Virus record (IMG/VR): IMGVR_UViG_3300042261_002390
Location: 124,001-188,000 of that record
Length of the DNA: 64,000 nucleotides
Strand: one strand, 5' to 3'
Below the pieces are notes generated by a model that ran no database searches, was not told where the DNA came from, and saw only the letters and a program-made list of their open reading frames with translations. Position numbers and translations under genes: made by a program. Of the stretch, positions 37,815 through 47,987 are shown piece after piece; the first letter of the stretch is position 1; every line of letters begins with the position of its first letter.

Positions 37815-39263
37815 ATGAATAAAGAAAGAATTGAAAAAGCTGTAGAAATTATTAATTATGCTATTGATAATGGGGTGTCGGTTAAACATGCTTCGGTGAT
37901 ATGTGGTAGAAGTAATACCTATGTTAAAAACGTTAAAGCTGATTTAATGTTCAGACACTTAAGTGGTAATCTCGATAAAAATTTGTTTGAATTGTTTCAA
38001 AATGCATATAAACGTTATGCTGACTCTAATGACGAAACAACTCAAAAAATAATTGAGGAAAATAAACCCGCAGATATACCGAGTAGCAATGGTCAAACAT
38101 TGATTTATCAAGAAGATGGTAATAATGCCGATATTGAGTGGAAAAGCGGGTCTAACTATAGTTCAGACCATATTAAAACTCTTGATGAATTGCTCGATGC
38201 GACTAAGGTTGATAAAAACGTTTGGAATGTTAAAAACTATGTCGTTAATAAATGGGATGTGACTTCATGGAAAAAAGGACTTCCCGAAACAGTACAAAAT
38301 TTCCAAGTAAAAGCATGGCTCGAAAAAAATACAAAAACCGTTAAAGAACGTGCTGTAGGCGAAATCTTCCGTGAAATGACACAAGACTATGAACCACCAG
38401 TGTTTACTCCTAAAATCGACTATCTTCCATTAAATAACGGTGAAAATAATTTGCTTGAAATTACATTGTTCGATTTGCATATAGGTAAATTGGCATGGGG
38501 CGGTGAAACTGGTGAAAACTACGATACTAAAATAGCACGTAGCCGTTTTCTACTGGCAATTGAAAAATTGATTCAAAGAGCATCAGGATTTCAATTTTCA
38601 AGAATTGTATTTCCTGTAGGTAGTGATTTCTTCAACAGTGATACAATCTATAATACAACAACAAAAGGTACACCACAAGATGAAGATTTGCGTTGGCAGA
38701 AAACATTCCAAGTTGGTGTAAGGTTGTTGGTAGATGCAATTAACATACTTAAAAGTTTGGGTGTTCCTATTGATGTTATTGTTATTCCCGGGAATCATGA
38801 TTTTGAACGTAGTTATTATATGGGCGAATATTTGTGTGCTTGGTATAATAATGACCCACAAGTAGCTGTAAATAACGGAGCATCACCAAGAAAATATTAC
38901 CGATTTGGCAAAGTATTGATTGGTTACACTCACGGTAGTGAAGAAAAGGAAGGTAATCTTCCAATGATAATGGCTAACGATATCGAATCAAAACCAATGT
39001 GGAGTGAAACAGTATTCCACGAATGGCATTTAGGACACATTCATAGAAAACGTAATGTGAAACATGCCATTGTTGATAAAAATATGATGGTGAATGAAGA
39101 TTTGGGTGTTACTGTGAGATATTTATCAAGTCTTACTGGAACTGAAGAATGGCATCATAAAAAAGGATTTATTGGCTCACTTAAAGCAGGTGAAGCATTT
39201 ATATGGAATGATGAAACTGGTTTAATAGCACACTTAAATGCAAATATTTCAATTGAAGAATAA
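37815..39263 (+). CDS. Calcineurin-like metallophosphoesterase with N-terminal extension
   Basis: DLHIG, GSDFFN, PGNHD, THG, GHIH. Confidence 0.85.
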   Translation: MNKERIEKAVEIINYAIDNGVSVKHASVICGRSNTYVKNVKADLMFRHLSGNLDKNLFELFQNAYKRYADSNDETTQKIIEENKPADIPSSNGQTLIYQEDGNNADIEWKSGSNYSSDHIKTLDELLDATKVDKNVWNVKNYVVNKWDVTSWKKGLPETVQNFQVKAWLEKNTKTVKERAVGEIFREMTQDYEPPVFTPKIDYLPLNNGENNLLEITLFDLHIGKLAWGGETGENYDTKIARSRFLLAIEKLIQRASGFQFSRIVFPVGSDFFNSDTIYNTTTKGTPQDEDLRWQKTFQVGVRLLVDAINILKSLGVPIDVIVIPGNHDFERSYYMGEYLCAWYNNDPQVAVNNGASPRKYYRFGKVLIGYTHGSEEKEGNLPMIMANDIESKPMWSETVFHEWHLGHIHRKRNVKHAIVDKNMMVNEDLGVTVRYLSSLTGTEEWHHKKGFIGSLKAGEAFIWNDETGLIAHLNANISIEE

Positions 39264-39265
39264 TT

Positions 39266-39856
39266 ATGAGTGATAAATTAGCAAAATTAGCAAAAGGAAA
39301 TGTTGGGGGTAAGAAATCACCAGCATCTGCAACAAAACAAGTAAAACCAACTGAAAAGCAGCAGACTACTGTTAAGCAAAAACCAGTGGTAAAACCTGTT
39401 GAAGAAAAAGTTTTAACTCCTGAAGAAGAACGTGATTTGAAAGCCAAACAAATGGTTGAAGAATTGTTGTCTGATGTTGAGTTTTTACCTAAATCTGAAG
39501 AAATTGTTGCTGTTGAAAAAACTGTTGTTGAAGCTAAAACATCGGGAGAGGGTGTTGAATGGCTCGAAGAACAGGTAAATTTATTGACTGAAGAAAATTC
39601 AGCACTTAAAATTCAGCTACAGCAAGCTAAAGATGATTACAGCCGATTGTTTAATCAATATCGGGAAAAATCTGAAAATTCTGAAATGTTTAGTAAAACA
39701 CCGGAAAATAATATTATGTTACTTTTCGATGAGTTTCAAAACAATTATCTTGGACGTAATGCTGAAAATCAGAGATATGATTTTATTTATATGGATAAAT
39801 TGCTGAGAAAAATGTTATCAGTATTTCCATTTTTAGATAAATATCGAAGATTTTAA
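39266..39856 (+). CDS. Hypothetical coiled-coil protein
   Basis: 196-aa ORF in operon. Confidence 0.75.
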   Translation: MSDKLAKLAKGNVGGKKSPASATKQVKPTEKQQTTVKQKPVVKPVEEKVLTPEEERDLKAKQMVEELLSDVEFLPKSEEIVAVEKTVVEAKTSGEGVEWLEEQVNLLTEENSALKIQLQQAKDDYSRLFNQYREKSENSEMFSKTPENNIMLLFDEFQNNYLGRNAENQRYDFIYMDKLLRKMLSVFPFLDKYRRF

Positions 39857-39885
39857 TATATTTAATTTAAATTGCCTCAAAACAT

Positions 39886-39917
39886 TTTGTTATTGGGGCA
39901 ATTTTTTTATATATTTG
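39886..39917 (+). promoter_or_regulatory. Bacteroidota sigma-type promoter overlapping a terminator hairpin
   Basis: TTTG-N20-TATATTTG, ATG 4 nt downstream. An AATTGCCTCAA...TTGGGGCAATT hairpin overlaps it. Confidence 0.7.
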
Positions 39918-39921
39918 TACC

Positions 39922-40995
39922 ATGATAAAGGGATTAGAATTTCATAGTATCATTCAAAACATCTTTGTGGATGTTAATGGATATGAAGTTTCGGAACAAT
40001 TACAGGTGAATTGTCCGAGATGTCAGGAAAGGGAAGGTTTGCCACATCCTGATGGAAAATTTAATCTTGAAATCAACACCAATCGTAAAGTGTTTAGGTG
40101 TTGGAAATGTGATGAACCTCGTTTTACTGGTTCATTACGAAAACTTGTTCGGATGTATGGTTCATATGCTGATTATGAAATATATAAAGCATATGCAGGT
40201 ACACACGATTTTTATGAAAATAATGATGATGATGATGAGTATGATGTTCAGGTTAAATTACCTGATGAAATGATACTGTTTTCCGAAATGAACCCAAGCA
40301 ATCTTCAACATTTTGAAGCGTATAATTATTTAGTTAATGACAGAAAAATTTCTCGTGACATTATATTGAAATATCGGCTTGGATTTTGTACTACTGGAAA
40401 ATATGCCAATCGAGTAATCATACCATCGTATGGTGTGAACGGTGATGTTAATTATTTTGTAGCTAGAACCTACGACCCCACCATTAAAAATAAAAAATAT
40501 GATAATCCTAAATCTGATAAGGATAAGATTATTTTTAATGAAGGTTATATTAATTGGGATTCTACGATATACTTAGTTGAAGGTGCGTTTGAAATGTTAT
40601 CTTTTCCGGTAAATACAATACCTATGTTAGGAAAGACTATTTCGTCCACGTTATTTATGAAACTGAAAGAATTATTGCCTGAAGTAGTTATAATACTAGA
40701 CCCGGATGCTTATAAAAATAGTGTTGAATTATTTTATACATTACAATCTATTTATGTTGAGTGTGAAGAAAGGGTAAAAATAGTTAAACTTCCAACAAAT
40801 GATGACTTAGATGAATTAAGAAGGAATCATGGTATTGATGAAGTAATCAAAGCATTATATACTGCTAGAAGTTTAACTGTCGATGATTATTTTATACATA
40901 AATTGCAAAATCCGTATGACAGAAAAGGACGATACGATTCTTATTCAAGAAACAATAAATGGGAATCAGGGAGCACAAAAAATTTTATACGATAA
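39922..40995 (+). CDS. DNA primase (DnaG-like, Zn finger + TOPRIM)
   Basis: CPRC...CWKC, YL..RKI, RVIIP, YFVAR, KYDNP, LVEG.F, LDPDA. Confidence 0.9.
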   Translation: MIKGLEFHSIIQNIFVDVNGYEVSEQLQVNCPRCQEREGLPHPDGKFNLEINTNRKVFRCWKCDEPRFTGSLRKLVRMYGSYADYEIYKAYAGTHDFYENNDDDDEYDVQVKLPDEMILFSEMNPSNLQHFEAYNYLVNDRKISRDIILKYRLGFCTTGKYANRVIIPSYGVNGDVNYFVARTYDPTIKNKKYDNPKSDKDKIIFNEGYINWDSTIYLVEGAFEMLSFPVNTIPMLGKTISSTLFMKLKELLPEVVIILDPDAYKNSVELFYTLQSIYVECEERVKIVKLPTNDDLDELRRNHGIDEVIKALYTARSLTVDDYFIHKLQNPYDRKGRYDSYSRNNKWESGSTKNFIR

Positions 40996-41518
40996 ATATA
41001 AAAAGATTGTTAAAGATTATTTACGAAATAAATATAGACAACATATTGATATTGAAGATGATATTTCAGAAATAATGATTAATGTTTTTTTGAATTTATC
41101 TTCTTTCGATGAAAGTAAATCTAAGTTCAAAACTTGGGTGTTATTTGTGGCACGAAACCATATGATTGATAAATGGAGAAGTAATTCAATAACACTTACA
41201 TCATTCAACAGTGGTGAAATAAGCACCGATTCAGTTACTTGTACTAATTTTGAATATGAGAGTAGTATTACACTAACCAATTCATTATCATATTCATCGA
41301 CCAATACTGCTAATTTTGAAAATAATAATTCGTTAAATTATCTTTCATCACAAATCTCCCCTAGCGAATATATGATGTTGGATATGAAATATTTGCAAGG
41401 TTTTAATTATGATGAGATAGGTAAGGAATTTAATTTAACTAGTAGTACTGTTAGCAATAAAGTTAATTACATTAAAACAAAACTGAAGAAAAATTATTCT
41501 GAAATATTTGAAGAATAA
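40916..41518 (+). CDS. Sigma-70 family (ECF-like) RNA polymerase sigma factor
   Basis: LYDKY, EDDISE, FDESKSKFKTWV..VARNHMID, region-4 HTH GFNYDEIG...TVSNKV. Confidence 0.88.
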   Translation: MTEKDDTILIQETINGNQGAQKILYDKYKKIVKDYLRNKYRQHIDIEDDISEIMINVFLNLSSFDESKSKFKTWVLFVARNHMIDKWRSNSITLTSFNSGEISTDSVTCTNFEYESSITLTNSLSYSSTNTANFENNNSLNYLSSQISPSEYMMLDMKYLQGFNYDEIGKEFNLTSSTVSNKVNYIKTKLKKNYSEIFEE

Positions 41519-41546
41519 AAAAAGGCGGTTATTACCGCCTTTTTTT
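41518..41546. terminator. Bidirectional terminator between convergent genes
   Basis: AAAAAAGGCGGT-tatt-ACCGCCTTTTTTT. Confidence 0.88.
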
Positions 41547-41940
41547 ATTTAATCTCGATTTTCTTCGCCGTCAATTTCTTTTTCTCTTGTTGTTTTGGTA
41601 CTGAAACTTTTAAAATACCATCTTCGTATACAGCATCAATATTTTCTTTATCGATAATATCACCTAGAGAGAATTTAAGCTCATATTTACCTTTAAATAT
41701 CTGCTGTTTAAGGTATTTAACGTCTTTATTTTTTTTATGTTCAGCAGTGATGATTAATTCATTCTTATTGATTTCAGTATTGATGTCGTTTTTATTTACG
41801 CCCGGCAACGATACCTCAACAACATACCCTTCAGTTGTCTCAATAATGTCATGTGTTGGATAAGTAAATTCAAGTGAATCATTAATAGATTCTAAAAGAA
41901 ATTCATGAAATAAGTCTAAATTGTTAAATGTTCTAAGCAT
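41545..41940 (-). CDS. Small heat-shock protein (Hsp20)
   Basis: DIIET..GY.VEV.LPGV.K.DI, I.A.YEDGILKV.VPK...KKIEIK. Confidence 0.92.
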   Translation of the reverse strand: MLRTFNNLDLFHEFLLESINDSLEFTYPTHDIIETTEGYVVEVSLPGVNKNDINTEINKNELIITAEHKKNKDVKYLKQQIFKGKYELKFSLGDIIDKENIDAVYEDGILKVSVPKQQEKKKLTAKKIEIK

Positions 41941-42070
41941 ACTATTTAAATTTTAAGTTTGTTATTATTTTTTTTATGCGCATATATTATCGAATTTTAT
42001 ACCAATTTAATAATACTGCCAAAATGTTAGTTCTATTGTTTATTATATGACAAATTAACAATTAAAAATC

Positions 42071-42102
42071 CTTGTATTTAAGAATAAAATTACATAGTTT
42101 TG
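42071..42102 (+). promoter_or_regulatory. Bacteroidota sigma-type promoter
   Basis: CTTG-N20-TAGTTTTG, 17 nt before ATG 42120. Confidence 0.7.
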
Positions 42103-42119
42103 TGAAAAATATTGAAAAG

Positions 42120-45100
42120 ATGAATAAAGTTTCGACTATAGCTCATATTGCTGACATCCATATTCGAAAAACACCAACAAGAAATGCTGAATATGAATAT
42201 GTGTTTAAGAACCTAATAAAATCACTGAAAGAAAAAAAACCGAGTCGTATTGTAGTTGCTGGTGATTTAGTACATGATTATCTTGATTTGCAGGGTGAAC
42301 AATTAATCCTTGTATCTTTTTTTCTTAATGAATTAAGCAAAATTGCACCTGTTCGAGTTACTCGTGGTAATCATGATTGTCGAAAAAAGAATTTGAATCG
42401 TGTGGATTCGGTTAAGGCAATTATTGAAGTGTTACAGAATCCAAATATCGTCTATTACGATAAGACTGATTTTTATTTTGATGATAATGTGATTTGGGCA
42501 GTTTGGCATCATGGTGAACAGAAAAATAATCCTTGGAAAAGTAAAGCAGCTAAAAGTATTGAAGCAAACAAAGCTGAAAATGGCTATACTGTAATTGATA
42601 TTTTTCATGACCCGGTAAGCGGATGTAAATCAACTAGTGGTTTCGAAATGAACAGCAAATCGTACTATAGGATTTCAGATTTTAAAGGCGATTTCTCATT
42701 GTTTGGTGACATTCATAAGATGCAGTATTTTGATGCTGCTAAAACTAAAGCATATTGTGGTTCATTAGTTGCACAAGATTTTAGTGAGGGTGATGATAAT
42801 TTTCATGGATATTTATTATGGGATATTGAAGCCAAAAGTGTTGAAGAAGTATCTGTTAAAAGTGAATATTCTTTTAAAAATGTATTGATTACACCGTATA
42901 CTGATTTTGATGATTTGGATTTCGAAATACCGAATCCAACGAAATTTATGAAGGTGAGGTTTGTGTGGGGTACTCTTCCACAAGTTAGAAATAAGGATTC
43001 TGAAAGAAAACTTGCTACTTATCTTAAAAGCAAGTATAATAATGTTACTATTTCTCATATTAACAAATTCCTTGAAGTAGATAAAGTTCAAGTAAATGAA
43101 AATGTTACATTACAAAACATTACCGATGCTGCAGTCCAACATGAAATTTTTAAGGAATATCTTGAAAAAATCGGTGTTGATGCTAACATGATTAATGATG
43201 TTATTGCACTTGATGAAGAAATCCTAAAGGAAATTGATGTTAGTAATGATGAAAGTATTGAATGGGATGTTATTAAATTCGGTGGCGTTAATTTTATGTC
43301 GTATGCTAAATTAGACATTGATTGGCGAGATATGGATGGATTATTCCAGATAACTGGTGATAATACTGCAGGCAAAACGACAATCATGAAAATTATTTCA
43401 TATGTTTTATTTAATAAGACATTGGAAACTGAATTTAGAATGAAATATGGTGATAAACGTTTTGTTAATAATCGTAATGGTGCTAGTTTTTGTGAAGCTT
43501 ATTTAGTGATTCAAGGTAATGGCGAATATTATGGCATTAAAAGACGTACTGAACTTACTAGGTCTAAAGATGGGGAAATTTCAGGTGCACCAACAACATT
43601 AAACTATTATTTGTTATCTAATCCTGATGAGGAAATGGATGTGAAAACATCGTTAGAAACATTAGATAGCGACCGGAGAGTAAAAACACAAAAAAATATT
43701 GATGCTATTGTTGGAACATACGATAATTTCATGCGTATTGTTATGACAACATCTGATACACTTAACCGGATATTATCTAATGATATGGCAACGTTTATTG
43801 ATTCATTGTTGTTTGATAGTGGTTTGGATATTTTCGATAAAAAACTCGAAGGTTTTAAGACCTATCAGAAGCGAGTAAATGAAAAACCTAGAGTTAGTTG
43901 TAATGTTGAGTTTACTACAACGCAAAATAGTACATATACTCAGGAAATTAATGATTTAGACGCAGAAATAAAGGAAATTGAAACCGTTAAGATTCCCGAT
44001 ATTGAAACTAGGATTGGTACTGGTAGAACATATGTTGAAAACTTATTGAAAAAGCTATATAAGATTGACCCTGATATTTATAACTTAGATGTTGATAAAA
44101 CCAAAAACACTGTGAATGTCCATAATGCAAATATTGGCGATTTTAAAGCACGCCAAGTCGTTTTAAAGAATAGTATTGATGTTTTAAGGGAAACATATGA
44201 TTCTGAAAGATTGAGTGAATTAAATCAGAAAAAAGAGCAGCATAAGTCGATTGAATATTCCAATAAGATAAAAATAAAAAATCTTGAGCAGGTTAGGATG
44301 AATCATGACCATACGATTGAAATATTGAAAGGTAATGTTGTTCGATTGAAAGAACAAGGTCTTAAATATAAGAATGAAATTGTTGAGTTGAAGAAAAGTA
44401 AAACATGTCCGACTTGTGGTCAGGCATTAACATCTGAACATCAACAACATATTGGAGAAAATATAGTGAAAATTGAAGCCGAGATGTTTTCAATTGCAGA
44501 TAAAATAAAAAACATTAATGATGTACAAATTCTCGATGAACTGAAAAAAATCACTGAGATTGATGAAGAAATTAATCAAATTAATACATTGATTGATACT
44601 CAAACATTAGAAATGGATGATGTTTTAACTGAGATTGGAAAACTTACTAATGAGAAGAACGATGTTGATAGACGTAGAGAATTGCTGGTTGAATATGAGC
44701 AAATTCCCACTAAAATACAAAATGAAGAACTGAAAACAACTATTTTAAAACAAAAACTTGATAATCATGAAAATAGCTTAAAACAAATCGAGCAAAATCA
44801 TAAGATTGAAGCTGCTATTGAATTAGCAAAACAAAAAATACATCGACTTGAATTGGACTTAAATGATGAGAACGAAAATATCTTCATTAAAAAGACTGCA
44901 ATTGGTGATAAACAAATAAAAATAAAGAATAATGAATTATTAATTACTGAATTTAAAGTACAAGAATATTGTGATAATGTTATGTCGCTATATAAAAAAT
45001 GTGTACACCGAGATGGTATTCCAAAACAGATGTTAAGTAATTATATTTTACCTAAAATCAATGTTACGTTGGAAAATATTTTATCAGTAGCACCTTTTAA

Positions 45101-45452
45101 AGTATGGCTTGACCCTGATGATTTAAGACCAAAATTGGCTTATAATAATAGACCAACTGCAATTATTGATTGTATTAGTGCATCCGGGAAAGAAAGAACG
45201 TTCTCAAGTGTTGTGTTAAAGTTTGCATTGAATCAAATCAATGTTAAGACAAAACCAACAATATTTTTGTTAGATGAAGTAATGGGTAAACTTGATGAAA
45301 ACAGTGTCGAAGAATTTATTGAAATGCTTCAATTGATTAAGCAAAACATGAAAAAAGTATTAGTTATTGAACATAAATATGAAATATCTCCGGATTATCT
45401 TTTAAGCGTAAGTTTGAATGAAGACGGCATATCTTCAGTAGTGATTGAATAA
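42120..45452 (+). CDS. Fused Mre11/SbcD nuclease - Rad50/SbcC ATPase (gp47-gp46-like)
   Basis: ADIH, GDLVH, GNHD, GDIH, then Walker A GDNTAGKTT, zinc hook CPTCGQ, signature ASGKE, Walker B FLLDE, H-loop IEH. Confidence 0.92.
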   Translation: MNKVSTIAHIADIHIRKTPTRNAEYEYVFKNLIKSLKEKKPSRIVVAGDLVHDYLDLQGEQLILVSFFLNELSKIAPVRVTRGNHDCRKKNLNRVDSVKAIIEVLQNPNIVYYDKTDFYFDDNVIWAVWHHGEQKNNPWKSKAAKSIEANKAENGYTVIDIFHDPVSGCKSTSGFEMNSKSYYRISDFKGDFSLFGDIHKMQYFDAAKTKAYCGSLVAQDFSEGDDNFHGYLLWDIEAKSVEEVSVKSEYSFKNVLITPYTDFDDLDFEIPNPTKFMKVRFVWGTLPQVRNKDSERKLATYLKSKYNNVTISHINKFLEVDKVQVNENVTLQNITDAAVQHEIFKEYLEKIGVDANMINDVIALDEEILKEIDVSNDESIEWDVIKFGGVNFMSYAKLDIDWRDMDGLFQITGDNTAGKTTIMKIISYVLFNKTLETEFRMKYGDKRFVNNRNGASFCEAYLVIQGNGEYYGIKRRTELTRSKDGEISGAPTTLNYYLLSNPDEEMDVKTSLETLDSDRRVKTQKNIDAIVGTYDNFMRIVMTTSDTLNRILSNDMATFIDSLLFDSGLDIFDKKLEGFKTYQKRVNEKPRVSCNVEFTTTQNSTYTQEINDLDAEIKEIETVKIPDIETRIGTGRTYVENLLKKLYKIDPDIYNLDVDKTKNTVNVHNANIGDFKARQVVLKNSIDVLRETYDSERLSELNQKKEQHKSIEYSNKIKIKNLEQVRMNHDHTIEILKGNVVRLKEQGLKYKNEIVELKKSKTCPTCGQALTSEHQQHIGENIVKIEAEMFSIADKIKNINDVQILDELKKITEIDEEINQINTLIDTQTLEMDDVLTEIGKLTNEKNDVDRRRELLVEYEQIPTKIQNEELKTTILKQKLDNHENSLKQIEQNHKIEAAIELAKQKIHRLELDLNDENENIFIKKTAIGDKQIKIKNNELLITEFKVQEYCDNVMSLYKKCVHRDGIPKQMLSNYILPKINVTLENILSVAPFKVWLDPDDLRPKLAYNNRPTAIIDCISASGKERTFSSVVLKFALNQINVKTKPTIFLLDEVMGKLDENSVEEFIEMLQLIKQNMKKVLVIEHKYEISPDYLLSVSLNEDGISSVVIE

Positions 45453-45463
45453 AAATAAAAACT

Positions 45464-45631
45464 ATGAATGAAGCTGTTGAAAGAGAAAGAGCCAGACTTA
45501 TTAAAGAAGGTCTGAAAGTCGCTGACGCATTGGCTAATGTCGATATCGATGATATTGATAAGGATGAATTGGAAACTTTGATTGAAAAGGCGAAGAAATT
45601 AAAGTCTAGTATATATTGGAAATTAAGTTAA
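45464..45631 (+). CDS. Small hypothetical protein (55 aa)
   Basis: MNEAVERERARLIKEGLKVADALANVDIDD...IYWKLS*. Fills the gap exactly and is shorter than any ORF in the track. Confidence 0.7.
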   Translation: MNEAVERERARLIKEGLKVADALANVDIDDIDKDELETLIEKAKKLKSSIYWKLS

Positions 45632-45633
45632 TT

Positions 45634-46092
45634 ATGGAAAAAACAGATTGGAATTTAAGGTTTATGCAACTTGCCGACCATGTAGCACAATGGAGTAAGG
45701 ATAGAAGTACAAAAATCGGTGCGGTAATCGTTCGAGAACGAGACCCATTATCAATTGGGTATAATGGTTTTCCTCGTGGATGTGAGGATGATTCGGAAGA
45801 AAGACATCAGCGTCCATTGAAATATGATTGGGTGTTACATGCCGAAGAAAATGCTATTATAAATGCTGCACGTCAAGGTAATAAAACAATGGGTGCTGAT
45901 ATGTATGTAAATTGGTTTCCATGTGCTAAATGTGCTGGTATGATAATTAATGCAGGAATTAAGCGAGTGTTTTGCGATAAAGAACCTGATTTTAATCACC
46001 CAACATTTGGGGCAAGTTTTAAACTATCATTACAAAAATTAACCGAAGGTGGTGTTGAAATTATTTACATGAATTATGATGCACATAGATAA
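45634..46092 (+). CDS. dCMP deaminase
   Basis: SKD.STKIGAVI, GYNGFPRG, HAEENAI, PCAKC. Confidence 0.93.
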   Translation: MEKTDWNLRFMQLADHVAQWSKDRSTKIGAVIVRERDPLSIGYNGFPRGCEDDSEERHQRPLKYDWVLHAEENAIINAARQGNKTMGADMYVNWFPCAKCAGMIINAGIKRVFCDKEPDFNHPTFGASFKLSLQKLTEGGVEIIYMNYDAHR

Positions 46093-46681
46093 AACGATAT
46101 TTAAGGTTCAGGAGTTCAACCACTATAAAACAGAAAGTCCTAAAACTCAAATTGTCATCGGTAGTAGTATGAGAAAAAGCAACTATCATATTGTAAGATT
46201 GCAACATAAGGATTTTGGAAAGACTAAAAGATGGAATACATATACAATTACCCGGGATGGAGTAATATATCAACACTACGACCCTAAATATCATTCAGAT
46301 TTTATGGGAATTAAAGAAGGCGATAAACAATCAATTTCAATTGTTTTAGAAAACATGGGATATTTAATTGAATCGCCATCTGGCAAATATATTAATTGGC
46401 TTGATGAGGAATGTGATGGTACATTGGTTGGAAAAAAGAAATGGCTGGGATATAATTATTGGGAAAAGTATAGCAAAGAACAAATTGAAAACTGTGCTGA
46501 ATTATGTAGACAGCTTTGTGATGAATTTGGAATCCCTAAAGTTGTAATTGATTTCCGGAATTATCACAAAGATATTGTAAAGTTTAGGGGAATTGTTTTT
46601 AGAAGCAATTATTTTGAAGACAGTAATGATATTAATCCATTGATTGATATTAATAAATTAAATGAATTAGTAAATAAATAA
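46076..46681 (+). CDS. N-acetylmuramoyl-L-alanine amidase-like protein, catalytically degenerate
   Basis: Colinear with 53006..53758 but lacks the Zn-binding His residues and the catalytic Glu. Confidence 0.75.
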   Translation: MMHIDKTIFKVQEFNHYKTESPKTQIVIGSSMRKSNYHIVRLQHKDFGKTKRWNTYTITRDGVIYQHYDPKYHSDFMGIKEGDKQSISIVLENMGYLIESPSGKYINWLDEECDGTLVGKKKWLGYNYWEKYSKEQIENCAELCRQLCDEFGIPKVVIDFRNYHKDIVKFRGIVFRSNYFEDSNDINPLIDINKLNELVNK

Positions 46682-46688
46682 AGTATTT

Positions 46689-46868
46689 ATGAATAACAAA
46701 TATAAAATAAAAATTGAAGCACCGCTTATTCGTCCCGGTATTACTATTGAAACAGAATGTAGCGAAAGGTATGTCGTTAAAGTAGTAAATAAGATGATGG
46801 AAATTGTGCGTGAAATAAATGAAGAGTCAAAAACACCACAAAATGGGGAAAGTAACCAACATAATTAA
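46689..46868 (+). CDS. Small hypothetical protein (59 aa)
   Basis: MNNKYKIKIEAPLIRPGITIETECSERYV...QHN*. Fills the gap and is shorter than any ORF in the track. Confidence 0.55.
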   Translation: MNNKYKIKIEAPLIRPGITIETECSERYVVKVVNKMMEIVREINEESKTPQNGESNQHN

Positions 46869-47469
46869 TGAGGAAATTTCGGCAATAACTCAAGATAAGA
46901 AAAAAGAAATTTTTGATTATCATAATATAACTGAAAGTGCTTGGAGGGATATTGTCGATGAAGCACAAGATTTTCAAGGTATTTCATTTGATTTTGAGAA
47001 TAATGACACTACTGGTCAGAAGAAAATATTTTATATTCATAAAGATTTGAGAAAGAATCAACCTATCAAATATCAAATCAATGCTGAATTATTTGAAGCC
47101 GGGGGTGATTGGGAAAATCCTGTAATGTATTTTAGACTTCAATTTGTTCGTGATTATGGTATTGTACATAGCGTTGATGAAAATAAAGATAATGAACCTG
47201 AATATGTTTGGGACATTAAACGGAAAATCAAAAATAGTGGATTGCGCAATTGTTACTGTATTATTCCACCCGTTGAGGCTGGTAATAAATTAAAAGAAGC
47301 TGATAAGAGTAATAAAAAATATAAATGGTTCGCATATCAGAGTAGTGAAATGACGAAAGAAGAAGATAAATTAGCTAGAATTACTCCTGAAGATAAAAAG
47401 AATTGTTGGAAGTGGCTTCAAGAATTATTAGCTAAAGTTGTTGATGAAAGACATAAAATGCTTGATTAG
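46843..47469 (+). CDS. Hypothetical protein, possibly head-internal
   Basis: N-terminal KVTNIINEEI...ITES motif. Confidence 0.75.
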   Translation: MGKVTNIINEEISAITQDKKKEIFDYHNITESAWRDIVDEAQDFQGISFDFENNDTTGQKKIFYIHKDLRKNQPIKYQINAELFEAGGDWENPVMYFRLQFVRDYGIVHSVDENKDNEPEYVWDIKRKIKNSGLRNCYCIIPPVEAGNKLKEADKSNKKYKWFAYQSSEMTKEEDKLARITPEDKKNCWKWLQELLAKVVDERHKMLD

Positions 47470-47490
47470 TATTTATTATAAAAAACAGAT

Positions 47491-47976
47491 ATGAACGATA
47501 TAAATAAAAAGAATGCATCAAATCAAATGCGAACATTTATAGGCAGAATGCGTAAGGGTTATACTGCAGCAAATGAATCAGTAACTGAGAAAAAAGACTT
47601 AAATGTGCGTGATATGTTAAAAATAACACGTAAATTAAATGAAGAAGTTAGTAATAACCCAATTGACAAAAAAACAGCATATGACCAAGAAAATGAAGAA
47701 AAAAAGCTGTTGAATTATTTTAAGGATATGAATGTAAATATTCGGTTCATACCTCTTGAAGTTTATGATAATTTTGTTTTTTGGGGCGGGACTGTTGATG
47801 GAATGATTCAGTTCGTATTTAAAGTGACTCCTAATGAAAATACTAGTAATGTTGAATTTAATTACTTAGAAGATTTTTCACCGGATAATCCTGAAAACGA
47901 TGAGATTGTGAATAGACTTGAAGCTTATTATGATATTTTTTCAAAATTTTGGCAAGAAAACATGGTTCAACATTAA
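47491..47976 (+). CDS. Hypothetical protein
   Basis: After GTATTTAT at 47469, with ANES/LNEE motifs. Confidence 0.75.
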   Translation: MNDINKKNASNQMRTFIGRMRKGYTAANESVTEKKDLNVRDMLKITRKLNEEVSNNPIDKKTAYDQENEEKKLLNYFKDMNVNIRFIPLEVYDNFVFWGGTVDGMIQFVFKVTPNENTSNVEFNYLEDFSPDNPENDEIVNRLEAYYDIFSKFWQENMVQH

Positions 47977-47987
47977 ATAATTTGATT

